A stretch of DNA of 64,000 nucleotides from Promethearchaeota archaeon (GCA_030603385.1 JAUVXW010000016.1:15228-79227); one strand, 5' to 3'; positions 43,665 to 53,000 are shown, counted from the first letter of the stretch. Notes: generated from the letters alone by a model not told the origin. Numbers and translations: made by a program.

Positions 43665-44582
43665 TTAAAAATCAAAATAATGCTCTAATAAATGCTTTTC
43701 TTCGAGCTTTTGAGGGGTGTCAAGTTGTAAATAATACTCTAAAGAGGTTAACACAGCATCTAAAGGTAAAACCCCTACTAACTCTGTTCCAATAATTGAC
43801 ACGCCATAACGAGCAGCTTCAATTCTTACAAGCTCCATTTGTCTATAAAGAGGTGTTTTCCTATAATTAATATTACTAATCCCAACTTGAACGTAGTTTT
43901 TTTTAGCTAGTTCTGTTCCCATTGCTTTAATGTTAACTAAACCACCAGAGCGAAGATGAATAGCTTTTGCAACTTTTTTAGCCACTTTGATATCTTTTGT
44001 TCCTAGATTAATGTTAAAGCTTATTAATGGAGGTCTAGCACCTGTTATCATAGCACCTGCAGTAGGATGAAGCTCAGGTGGACCAAAATCAGGTTTTCTT
44101 TCAGGATCGGTTTTAATACTCTCCTTTAGTCCTTCATATTCTCCTACACGAATGTTATCAATGTTTTTTCTTTCCATTTTTCTTGCTGATTCTTCATAAA
44201 GGTATACGGGAATTCCTTCTTGTGCCATAGTTTCAGCAAACTTGATAGATAAATCAATGCATTCTTCTATACTGACATTCTGTGCGGGAACAAAAGGAAC
44301 AACATCAATTGCTCCAATCCGAGGATGTTGCCCTTTATGTTTATTCATATCAATTAAATCAATTGCTTTCTTAGCAGCAACCACATTGGCTTTTAAAACC
44401 GCATCAGGCGTTCCCACAAAGGTAACAACTGCTCTATTATAATCTGTATCGTACTGAACATCAACAATACGTGTATTAGGGGTGTTCTTAATTTCCTTTA
44501 CAATTTCTTCAATTTTCTCTCCATCAACCCCCTCACTATAGTTTGGGACAGATTCTATAATTTTCTTTTTTCCTTTCTCCAT
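43665..44582 (-). CDS. ftcD: Glutamate formiminotransferase
   Basis: ESVPNYSEG, NRAVVT, HKGQHPRIGAIDVVPFVP, IRVGEYEGL, PDFGP and GAR.PL..FNINL. Confidence 0.93.
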   Translation of the reverse strand: MEKGKKKIIESVPNYSEGVDGEKIEEIVKEIKNTPNTRIVDVQYDTDYNRAVVTFVGTPDAVLKANVVAAKKAIDLIDMNKHKGQHPRIGAIDVVPFVPAQNVSIEECIDLSIKFAETMAQEGIPVYLYEESARKMERKNIDNIRVGEYEGLKESIKTDPERKPDFGPPELHPTAGAMITGARPPLISFNINLGTKDIKVAKKVAKAIHLRSGGLVNIKAMGTELAKKNYVQVGISNINYRKTPLYRQMELVRIEAARYGVSIIGTELVGVLPLDAVLTSLEYYLQLDTPQKLEEKHLLEHYFDF

Positions 44583-44746
44583 AAAACCAGCCTTTATTAA
44601 AAAAATCTAAAGTTAATATAATATTTATGAAAAGGTAAAATTAAATTTTATCTATAATGAGTAGACTTTTTTATAATAAGTTTTATCAGTGAATTAATAC
44701 AAATCTATATATTTCTTCTAACTTTAAAAGTTTAAATTCATATAAA

Positions 44747-45862
44747 TTGATAATAAAAATGCAGATTGGTAGATATATTTTATTAAGGGATAAATATCTA
44801 GAAGGGTTTACTACTTTTTCTGAACAAACCATAAGGTGTTATCGAACATCAATAAATAGCTTTGGTAAATTTATTAATTTTAAAGATATCTTTGATCCAA
44901 ATGATATGAAGAACTACTTGAATTCTAAAGAATTCAAAAAACTCCAAATCTCAACTCAGAATTTATATAGAATAAAATTATCGAAATTCTTTTTATGGAT
45001 CGGATTCAGGAAAAGCGAGATTGCTGAATTACTGAAAAAGAAAAAAGATATCAAAAAAACATTGCAAAAAAATGATCTTTTAACAAAAGAAGAAATTAGA
45101 TTCATCTTAGGTAAAATGAAGAGACCAATTGATAAAGCCATATTCATGATGATTTTAGAAACTAAAGGTAGAAAATCAGAAATTAGAAAATTGAAAATTA
45201 AGGATGTTGTATTTTATGAATCCTATGCTATGGTATATATAAGAAATTCAAAAACCTCACAAAGAAATATCCCAATTGTCGAAAGTATTCCTTATCTTAC
45301 TCGATATTTAGAGGATCATCCTTTAATAGACGATCTTGAAGCTCCATTTTTTATAACCCTCTATGGAGGAGAATTTAAAGGTTATTCTGAGAATGCTTTT
45401 AATGGAATTTTTAAAAGATATACTAAAAATATGAAAAAAAAAGTATATCCACATCTACTAAGACATACTGGATTAACTGAAATGGCCAAACATCTTACAG
45501 AATTTCAATTAAAACAATTAGCAGGTTGGACTATGGATTCTAAACAAGCTTCAAGATATGTTCATTTATCAAATCAAGACTTAGAAAATAAAATGCTTGA
45601 ACTACATGGTATAAAACCTCCTGAAGAACAAGAAGAAGTTAAGCATATTGAGATAATTCGATGCCCAAGATGTGATTTTGCTAATAGTGACCTAGATAAA
45701 TATTGCTCCAGGTGTGGAAGTGTTCTAGATATTAAAACGGTAATTAAACACCAAGAAAAAGCAAGAGAATTAGAAGAAATAATAAGCGCTTCAGAAATTA
45801 AGCAATATATAGATAAATTATTCGAAGAAAAAGTCTTTAATATCCTTGATAAAAAAGCGTAA
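44747..45862 (+). CDS. Tyrosine recombinase/integrase with C-terminal zinc ribbon
   Basis: Catalytic R (KGRKSE), K (NSKT), HLLRH, AGW and Y (RYVH); CPRC...CSRC tail. Confidence 0.92.
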   Translation: MIIKMQIGRYILLRDKYLEGFTTFSEQTIRCYRTSINSFGKFINFKDIFDPNDMKNYLNSKEFKKLQISTQNLYRIKLSKFFLWIGFRKSEIAELLKKKKDIKKTLQKNDLLTKEEIRFILGKMKRPIDKAIFMMILETKGRKSEIRKLKIKDVVFYESYAMVYIRNSKTSQRNIPIVESIPYLTRYLEDHPLIDDLEAPFFITLYGGEFKGYSENAFNGIFKRYTKNMKKKVYPHLLRHTGLTEMAKHLTEFQLKQLAGWTMDSKQASRYVHLSNQDLENKMLELHGIKPPEEQEEVKHIEIIRCPRCDFANSDLDKYCSRCGSVLDIKTVIKHQEKARELEEIISASEIKQYIDKLFEEKVFNILDKKA

Positions 45863-45863
45863 T

Positions 45864-46028
45864 TTACTCGCTCCATTTAATCTCTTCAGCAATTTTTAAC
45901 AATTCATCAACATTTAATTTACTTAAATCTCCACTAACATGAATATGAAATGTTTTAGCTATAATTTCAACTTGTTTTTCAAAAAGCTTATCTAAATCTT
46001 CTTTATTTTTTTTATAATAAACACCCAA
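45864..46028 (-). CDS. Small hypothetical protein (54 aa) convergent with the integrase
   Basis: Manual translation from TTG: MGVYYKKNKEDLDKLFEKQVEIIAKTFHIHVSGDLSKLNVDELLKIAEEIKWSE. Confidence 0.35.
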   Translation of the reverse strand: MGVYYKKNKEDLDKLFEKQVEIIAKTFHIHVSGDLSKLNVDELLKIAEEIKWSE

Positions 46029-46287
46029 AAAGTAAATTTTTTAATTGAATTTTTAATGAGTTGATATCTTTATTGGATTAATCTAAAATACACCCTAATT
46101 TTTTATGTTTTTTAGGTCCGCTTTTATTATGGTTAGAATTGTAAAGAACCAATTTCTTAAGATTATACTAAATAGGTAAGATTTTTTTTCTTGAAGTCTT
46201 TATTTCTGATGAGTAGAACAAATTTTAAGGATTATAAAAGGTAAGATTATTTAAAAAAAGAAAAAAAATTAAAATCAAATAGTCAAT

Positions 46288-47043
46288 TTATAGATTTGTA
46301 AATATATATCCTATATCTTGATTTGAAAAGTGATCAACTGCTATTTTTCCAAATCTACTACTTATAACAGAGCCAAATCTCTCTTTCCAAGGAGAACTAA
46401 TAGAAATTTTGGTATATTTTATAATTTCAATTAAATTTTCTAAGTCTTTTTTAATTGAAACAAGTGTTTGTATATCAGCATAACTCCAATTATCTCTCAA
46501 TTCCTTATGAGGACATAATAGAAAGTAGTTTCTATTTTTAAATTGAAATATACTCCGTATATACTCAATAAATTTTTGTTTTTCTTTTGTTCCTAATTTA
46601 TCAAAATTTTGTTTTAAATCAGTTGGATTTTCAAAATTTACTTTACTTCTTGTTTTTTTGGTAGCCAAGGTTTCTACAAAAGTTTGAAGTAATTTATAAC
46701 TTAAAATCTTGAGTGGAAAAACAGGTAATACATATAACCTTGTTGTTTCTCTTTTTGGAATATCACACGTGTAATTACTAATAATTAAACCTATAGGTTC
46801 TTTAAGTTCGAGATTTAAAAAACTCTTTGGATAATCAACAAGGATATCTCCCTGTTCCATCTCATATTCTTCAGACTCTTTAAATAAATTGAGATTGGTA
46901 TTAACTTTAAGGTTATCGATTTGGCTATCTCCTGTTATATTTGTTAAAAATGTGATACCATCTTTTTCTGTATAAAAAGATTTAGTTAACTTCTCGATAG
47001 AAGATTTGACGTCTAAATCCTTTTGATCATTTTTCTTCGCCAT
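46288..47043 (-). CDS. Hypothetical protein, possible MazF/PemK-like fold (QGD...TCD family)
   Basis: EQGDIL...IISNYTCDI...VLPV...YFLL...ADIQTL.SI...SPWKERF...FGKI pattern; last gene of a coupled three-gene operon. Confidence 0.5.
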   Translation of the reverse strand: MAKKNDQKDLDVKSSIEKLTKSFYTEKDGITFLTNITGDSQIDNLKVNTNLNLFKESEEYEMEQGDILVDYPKSFLNLELKEPIGLIISNYTCDIPKRETTRLYVLPVFPLKILSYKLLQTFVETLATKKTRSKVNFENPTDLKQNFDKLGTKEKQKFIEYIRSIFQFKNRNYFLLCPHKELRDNWSYADIQTLVSIKKDLENLIEIIKYTKISISSPWKERFGSVISSRFGKIAVDHFSNQDIGYIFTNL

Positions 47044-47543
47044 TAATAGTCATCATCGACAATTTCTTCCTCTGTAAGAATATCGTCCCAAAAATCTTTT
47101 GGTATATCGATTTTAAAAATCTCTTTATCAATGATAGACTCTTTTTTATCTTTTTGTTCCGTTAATTTTTGGAAATTCTCATTAAATTCTCTTATTAATT
47201 CAAAATTATTATTAAATCTTTTAAGTTCTTCAATTAATCCTTCAAAGACATTGAATGTTTTATTAGAGCTCTCTAATAACTCTTTTAATTGATCTTCATT
47301 AAAATCTTCTTTAATTTGTTCTCGAAATTTTTTTACGGTTTCACTATCAAAATATAATTTAGTTATTGTTTCTAATACTTCTTTAGCATCATCGGAATGT
47401 AGTGCTAATTCTTGTTTTATTTTATCAAAGGGATTAATTTCTGGTTTAATAATAAATTCTTCTTCGGGGGGAATTTGACCTGTGTTTATTAGGTAATTCA
47501 TAAGTTTTTGTTTAGCATCCGATCTTTTTAACCTTTTACTCAT
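47043..47543 (-). CDS. Hypothetical helical protein with acidic tail
   Basis: 166-aa ORF overlapping both neighbours (ATGA and TAATG overlaps). Confidence 0.7.
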   Translation of the reverse strand: MSKRLKRSDAKQKLMNYLINTGQIPPEEEFIIKPEINPFDKIKQELALHSDDAKEVLETITKLYFDSETVKKFREQIKEDFNEDQLKELLESSNKTFNVFEGLIEELKRFNNNFELIREFNENFQKLTEQKDKKESIIDKEIFKIDIPKDFWDDILTEEEIVDDDY

Positions 47544-48307
47544 ATAATTTTCAACTCCTCCATTAATTCGTTAAATTTATTTAGATTTGTTATTAAAATA
47601 TCCTGTAATTTATTTTCCATTATGGATAATTTTGAATCTGGATATATAAACGAACATAATATATTATTTGAACTCTGGTGTAATGAAAAGAAATATTTAT
47701 TCTCTTCTTCATCAATTTCAAAATTAACATCTTCAAAAACCATTTTTTTTGTATTTAATAAACTTTCTTCAATAATCTTACTCATACTCTCTATTTTTGG
47801 TTCTCCCTTTAGTTCAACTCCAAATATTACAGAAACTTCATTTAATTTAGGGATTTTCTCTTCTAAAATCTTAGGGATGAGAAACATCTTAATTAATAAA
47901 TCAACTTGATCTAAATCACTTAAATTTATTGGTTCTCTTTTTGTTTCACTTTTCCTTGGATAAGAAGGCATTATTCTCATACTTTTGTCATTCCCTCGGT
48001 AAAACATCCTTCCAGATCGCGAAAAATCTTTGGGATATGAGAGAGTAATTTTTTTCTTACTTAAAAAAATCTCGAAATCCTTAGAACTTAAAGTTAAATT
48101 TGGAGTAATTCCTAATTCTGGTATTATTTCCTCTATTATAGAAATTTTATCTAAGTTGTAATCAACAGTTATGTCTTTAAAATCCAGTAAAGTTAATTTT
48201 GATAAAATGTCTTTTATATTTGTTGATTTATCTGATTCGATGAATCTAAATGTTACATTAAAAAAACTAAGATTTTCTAATAGTTTAGGTTTTTCCTTCT
48301 TTCCCAT
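47540..48307 (-). CDS. Hypothetical protein, possibly TIGR04255-like
   Basis: 255-aa ORF, first gene of the operon. Family resemblance rests on size, N-terminal strand and gene context only. Confidence 0.5.
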   Translation of the reverse strand: MGKKEKPKLLENLSFFNVTFRFIESDKSTNIKDILSKLTLLDFKDITVDYNLDKISIIEEIIPELGITPNLTLSSKDFEIFLSKKKITLSYPKDFSRSGRMFYRGNDKSMRIMPSYPRKSETKREPINLSDLDQVDLLIKMFLIPKILEEKIPKLNEVSVIFGVELKGEPKIESMSKIIEESLLNTKKMVFEDVNFEIDEEENKYFFSLHQSSNNILCSFIYPDSKLSIMENKLQDILITNLNKFNELMEELKII

Positions 48308-48440
48308 CTCTTTATTAATTATAATATTGATTTAAAGTACAAAAATTTTTGTATTATGTTAATATTTGTTAGAACTTAAATTTTTTATAAAATCTTTTAT
48401 CTTTCCATTTTTTTAAAAATTCATTCACTTCCTTATTATA

Positions 48441-48593
48441 TTAATTTTCTTTTTCTAATAATAATTTATTTGCTATTAATTTAGTAACAGGATCTTCAAT
48501 TTGGTTAATAACTGATTTAAGATCTTCAGGAGTAAGATCTTTTTTCCACTCTTTTATTTTTTTTTCTAAAGTTGATTTTTCTTGTAAAGTCAT
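48441..48593 (-). CDS. Small hypothetical protein (50 aa)
   Basis: ATGA overlap with the stop of 48590..49537; MTLQEKSTLEKKIKEWKKDLTPEDLKSVINQIEDPVTKLIANKLLLEKEN. Confidence 0.55.
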   Translation of the reverse strand: MTLQEKSTLEKKIKEWKKDLTPEDLKSVINQIEDPVTKLIANKLLLEKEN

Positions 48594-49537
48594 CTATACA
48601 TACTTCCTCCTGGATCTGTTTTAACTTCGATTGTTTGTTCCTGTGGTTTTACTAAATTTGTTATTGATTTTGCCATTTCTTTAATTCCCTTGGCCATCTC
48701 AAACATAGCATCTTTAAGCTCGGAAATTTCTGTTTCAATATTTTCAAGTTTGTTTGGCATATCAAAATAAGATTTTACTTTTTCGATATTATCAGTTTCT
48801 TCCTCTCCATCTCCAGTTTTAGGAGAATCATCAACTTCTCTTACTTCTGTTGGTGTTTTAATAGTAAGAATTAGTTGTTTTCCTAAGCTCCCAAGAGCAT
48901 TAGGATCTCCATTTGATTTTATAGCAAAATGAGGTTTTTGACAAAACTCAGGATCTCTTTCATCAATAATAAACCCTTTCTTTTGTAAAAATAATCTAGC
49001 TTGTTTACAATCGGAAATTATATCTTCAAAATACTTTTCTAACTCGTTATTAGAAGAAACATATTGCTCATCTATATTCCGGTTAAAATTATAAATAATT
49101 ACGTTATTGCACACTTCAATTTTTTCTAAACCATTAAAATCCTGATAATTAAAAAAGATTAAAAATTTGGTCCAATTATTTAACTCAATTCTTTTTATAT
49201 GTAATCCATAAATAAACCCTTCATTCTGAATTCTATTTAACCATGAAGGTTTTTGAACTATTTTATTTTTAAACCTTAATTTATGAACCCTTACACTTTC
49301 TATCCCTTTTGGCAAAAGTTCCTTATCAGATGTGAATTCTTGTATTCTCTTCTGATTCAGATCACCTTGTTCTAAAAACATTGTTCCTAAATTGGTACAT
49401 TTATATTTCTTAGGATATGACTGGATCTGCTCTATTAGGTTTCGAGATTTAAAGTAAGTAATAATTTTGGATAAAAAACCTTTAGAAACTATACCCTTTT
49501 GGACAATCTCCTGAGCGTAAAAACCTTTATCTAACAT
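48590..49537 (-). CDS. wHTH-containing mobile-element protein, putative replication protein
   Basis: N-terminal wHTH-like segment (EIVQKG.VSK..LSK.I...KSRNLIE...YK.T.LG), HKLRF, PHFA, DDS...EEE and a C-terminal coiled coil. Confidence 0.5.
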   Translation of the reverse strand: MLDKGFYAQEIVQKGIVSKGFLSKIITYFKSRNLIEQIQSYPKKYKCTNLGTMFLEQGDLNQKRIQEFTSDKELLPKGIESVRVHKLRFKNKIVQKPSWLNRIQNEGFIYGLHIKRIELNNWTKFLIFFNYQDFNGLEKIEVCNNVIIYNFNRNIDEQYVSSNNELEKYFEDIISDCKQARLFLQKKGFIIDERDPEFCQKPHFAIKSNGDPNALGSLGKQLILTIKTPTEVREVDDSPKTGDGEEETDNIEKVKSYFDMPNKLENIETEISELKDAMFEMAKGIKEMAKSITNLVKPQEQTIEVKTDPGGSMYR

Positions 49538-49690
49538 TTCAGCTTATATAAGACCTGTAATTCATAAAGAAATAAATAGAATGTTAGATGAACTAGATTC
49601 TGAGAGAGAAAAAAATATTGAACTACAAGAATTATTAAAAAGTGAAGAATATAAGGAAATATTAAAAATGTTAGAAACTAATAAAAGATA

Positions 49691-49831
49691 CTAGAAATTT
49701 CCTACTTCAGAACTATCAATAGCATTTATGAGAATTTCTTTTACTTTCTCTTCTATTTTCTGGTTGGTTTTTTTACATAAAAATATTAATTCTTTATATT
49801 TATCATCAGGAAGTTCAATTTCGATTTTTAT
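49691..49831 (-). CDS. Small RHH-like protein (KIEIELPD family), probable ATA start
   Basis: IKIEIELPDDKYKELIFLCKKTNQKIEEKVKEILINAIDSSEVGNF; AGGTG 8 nt upstream; paralogous to 56763..56909 and to the C-terminus of 58188..58760. Confidence 0.6.
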   Translation of the reverse strand: MKIEIELPDDKYKELIFLCKKTNQKIEEKVKEILINAIDSSEVGNF

Positions 49832-49886
49832 TTTTATGACACCTAAATTTAATAATTCTTAAATCTTTTGTTCCAAATTGTATATA

Positions 49887-50050
49887 TTTTTGTCGAATAT
49901 TTAACATTTTAGTAATTCAGAAAATTCTTACCGTGTAATGATATTTCTGAGAGAGGGAAGGGGGTGATTGGAAGTAAAAGTAAGATTTAAATTTTGTCGG
50001 AATATTCTTCTTATTTGTAATAAATCCTATAGAATCTTCTATAAAAAAAG
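49887..50050 (+). repeat. Element X copy 1 (site - hairpin - purine tract - site - operator)
   Basis: Highly similar to 56968..57133; contains the TCAGAAA...TTTCTGA hairpin at 49917-49950. Confidence 0.9.
50028..50043. promoter_or_regulatory. Palindromic operator TATAGA-N4-TCTATA
   Basis: Perfect copies here and at 57111-57126; one-mismatch copies at 56932, 59133 and 59436. Confidence 0.6.
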
Positions 50051-50059
50051 AGGTTTTAA

Positions 50060-50674
50060 ATGTTGGAATTAAACAAGAAAAGATATATATTGATTAGAAA
50101 AATCATAAAAATTGTTATTATTTTGTTTTGGATTTTTACTTTTTTTACTCCCTTCCTTATACTTGTTTATACAAATTCATTACCTGTAGCAGATGATTAT
50201 ACATATATATGTTGGGGGCATGGATTTGTGGATTCTTCTCCCTATCCTTTATATTGGTTATTCTTTGCTCTATTTTTAGGGGGATTTTTCCTTAGTTTCG
50301 GAAATATAAAAACAAATTATAAAAATCAGATAATTAACAGAAACATTGGAAATATTAGTGGAACAATCATTTTAATGAGTGGAATAGGAATGAGTATATT
50401 AATCCAATTTATTAGAACAGATGTTTCATATGAAGTGAAAACAGGAATAGGAATGTACTTTCCAATAATAATAGCAATTCTTGTTTTTGGTGAAACATTC
50501 TTTTTAAACAGAGTCAAGATTATGGAGGCAGAGATTGTTAAAGAAGAACCGATTGAAGTACAAGAAAGAGAAGTAAAGGAAATCTCTGGAAAACTTTATT
50601 GCTCTTCATGTGGAGAAGAAATCTTGGATAAAACAGGTGATTTCTGTTCTAAATGTGGCGCTCCTTTAAAATAA
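50060..50674 (+). CDS. 4-TM membrane protein with C-terminal zinc ribbon, paralog 1
   Basis: Four hydrophobic helices; CSSC...CSKC tail nearly identical to paralogs 2 and 3. Confidence 0.85.
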   Translation: MLELNKKRYILIRKIIKIVIILFWIFTFFTPFLILVYTNSLPVADDYTYICWGHGFVDSSPYPLYWLFFALFLGGFFLSFGNIKTNYKNQIINRNIGNISGTIILMSGIGMSILIQFIRTDVSYEVKTGIGMYFPIIIAILVFGETFFLNRVKIMEAEIVKEEPIEVQEREVKEISGKLYCSSCGEEILDKTGDFCSKCGAPLK

Positions 50675-50811
50675 TGTTTTTATTTTTTTACTGCTAGATT
50701 GGAGGTAAAACCAAAGTTTAAATTTTGTCGGTCAAAATAAATTATTGATTAAAGACAAATAATGACTTAAAAGATTGAGTTATATTATAATTAAAAAAGT
50801 GGTGTTATTTC

Positions 50812-52458
50812 ATGAAAATTCTAAATATTCAAGCATCAAATTTTAAATCATTTAAAGAGTTCAATTTCGATTTTAAAAAAATCAATGTGATTTTAGGACC
50901 AAACAATAGTGGGAAAAGTAATATATTAAAACTTTTACTTTTGTTGAAGCAGACTTTCACATCTTCTCTGGAATCACCATTAATTTTAAATGGTAATATT
51001 ATTACCTTAGGATCCTATAAAGATATCACTTATAGACACAATAATAGGGACATAGGAATAAATTATCAAATTATAACCCCTTATGAAACAGATAGTAGAT
51101 TTTTTGATTTTATATCTGAGGAGAATCATTACGATTTACAGACTCAATATACTTTTGATGATAAATTAAATATCATTTATTTATCAAATGTAAAAATAAA
51201 TAATTTAAAACAAAATAATCAAATCTTAGATTTTCAAAAAGATAAGAAAATAGTTATAAATAACCGACCAATAGGATACTATTTAACTAAACTTAATACA
51301 GATCTCGATAATTTAATCAAAAAACTTGAAGTATTTCCAAAACTATCTATAAAAAAAAGTCATTTATTAAGACTACTTCGTGTACGATTAGAAATCGCAG
51401 AGATTGATTTAAAAAAAGTCTCTGATTTAAAGGATATATTTGACTATTTCAAAGAGATTTTTTTAAGAGCATTATCACGTAAATTGGATTTAAAAATTAA
51501 ATATAATAAAAAATTTATTGAATTTTTCCCGATTTACTCAAGCGATTTAGAACAAATTTATGATTTTAGTAATATACTTGAAAGACTAAATTCCCCTTTG
51601 TTTAGAAGGTTTATCTCAAATGAAATAAACGAAATAATTGGTAGTTGCAATGAATTAACCAATGAAATTATCAAGGTATATGATGAATTAAGAGCTGTCG
51701 CATATAAGTTAGATGTATTAAAAGATGGATTTTCTTCTTATTGTGAAAGAATGCGTTATATTGGACCATTAAGAGAATATCCTAAAAGATACTATCCAAT
51801 TATAGGAGAATCAGCAGAAGATGTCGGGGTTAAAGGGGAATTTGTACCATATTTATTAAAAAAATCTAAAGAAAAATTAGATCCTTGGGCTTATCGTTTA
51901 AGGGGTTTAAATAAAAGAATTCAAGATTGGCTTGTAAAGTTTGAAATGGCAAAAGAAACTGATATTAAGCGATATAAAGAAATTAATGAATTTATATCTA
52001 TTTTTTGTCAGGAATATTTTTCGGGAGTAAAAGTAAACATAAGTGATATGGGGTTTGGAACCTCTCAGGTATTACCAATAATAATTGAGGGCTTTTTTAT
52101 TGAAAGAAATTCTGTATTGATTATTGAACAACCTGAAATTCACCTTCATCCAAAAGCACAATCAACCTTAGGTGATTTATTTATCGAGATTGCAAATGAA
52201 AATAAAATTATAATAGTAGAAACTCATAGTGAACATTTAATCCGAAGAATTCAACGTCGTATAGCTGAAAATAAAATTTCTAATAAAGATGTAATATTCT
52301 ATTATGTTACTATAGGAAAGGAAGGATCTCAATTACAACGATTAGAAATTGATGAGGAAGGATACATAGAAAAGATCCCAGAAGGGTTCTTCGACGAAGA
52401 TTATAAAGAAGCATCTGAACATTTAAGGATTTTAGCAGAAAAAAAAGAAAATAGGTAA
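50812..52458 (+). CDS. ABC-type (AAA_15/AAA_21-like) ATPase with DUF3696-like C-terminus
   Basis: NFKSF, Walker A GPNNSGKS, YIGPLR, signature GFGTSQVLPI, Walker B IEQPEIHLHP, ETHSEH and PEGFFDE. Confidence 0.9.
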   Translation: MKILNIQASNFKSFKEFNFDFKKINVILGPNNSGKSNILKLLLLLKQTFTSSLESPLILNGNIITLGSYKDITYRHNNRDIGINYQIITPYETDSRFFDFISEENHYDLQTQYTFDDKLNIIYLSNVKINNLKQNNQILDFQKDKKIVINNRPIGYYLTKLNTDLDNLIKKLEVFPKLSIKKSHLLRLLRVRLEIAEIDLKKVSDLKDIFDYFKEIFLRALSRKLDLKIKYNKKFIEFFPIYSSDLEQIYDFSNILERLNSPLFRRFISNEINEIIGSCNELTNEIIKVYDELRAVAYKLDVLKDGFSSYCERMRYIGPLREYPKRYYPIIGESAEDVGVKGEFVPYLLKKSKEKLDPWAYRLRGLNKRIQDWLVKFEMAKETDIKRYKEINEFISIFCQEYFSGVKVNISDMGFGTSQVLPIIIEGFFIERNSVLIIEQPEIHLHPKAQSTLGDLFIEIANENKIIIVETHSEHLIRRIQRRIAENKISNKDVIFYYVTIGKEGSQLQRLEIDEEGYIEKIPEGFFDEDYKEASEHLRILAEKKENR

Positions 52459-52482
52459 TAATATCTTAAAAGAATGTAAACT

Positions 52483-52950
52483 ATGACTTGTCGGAAAATA
52501 GTAATAGATACAAATGTGTTCTATACTCTTATTAAAGAATCCCCTTATAAAGACAAATTTGGTATATGTCGTGAATTATTAGATAATATACTAAACCATT
52601 GCTATAATAGAGTTTGTCGCAATACAAAAATTAATGAAGAATACAAAAATTTTGAACGAAAGACGGAAAGATGTAAATATAGGACATATTATAATAAATG
52701 GTACGGACAAATGATGCAGCATCATAAATTTGAGTGGGTAGAATTGGCCAATATTAATGTAAATATTTCCCATGATGATGATCATAAATTTTTTCAAACA
52801 GCTTATAATACCAACGATAAAATAGTCATTACACAAGAAGAGAAATTATTAGAAAAAAGAGATGAAGTATTTGAGAATCATGGAATTAATATTTTAACAA
52901 TTGAAGATGCTAATGAAGTAGTTGCTATAGATGGTCCTGTTAATGCTTAA
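52483..52950 (+). CDS. PIN-domain protein (putative nuclease)
   Basis: IVIDTNVF, EEY, DDDHKF and IVITQE spacing typical of PIN acidic residues. Confidence 0.75.
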   Translation: MTCRKIVIDTNVFYTLIKESPYKDKFGICRELLDNILNHCYNRVCRNTKINEEYKNFERKTERCKYRTYYNKWYGQMMQHHKFEWVELANINVNISHDDDHKFFQTAYNTNDKIVITQEEKLLEKRDEVFENHGINILTIEDANEVVAIDGPVNA

Positions 52951-53000
52951 AAAAAAAGTAAATTGAAATAAAACTATAGGTTTAGATAATAAAAATTTAA

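Noticed and set aside
44583-46287. tRNA gene or att direct repeat around the integrase (ATGAGTAGA at ~44658 and ~46209)
   Set aside because: No cloverleaf is visible, and a 9-bp AT-rich match is too short to call an att site.
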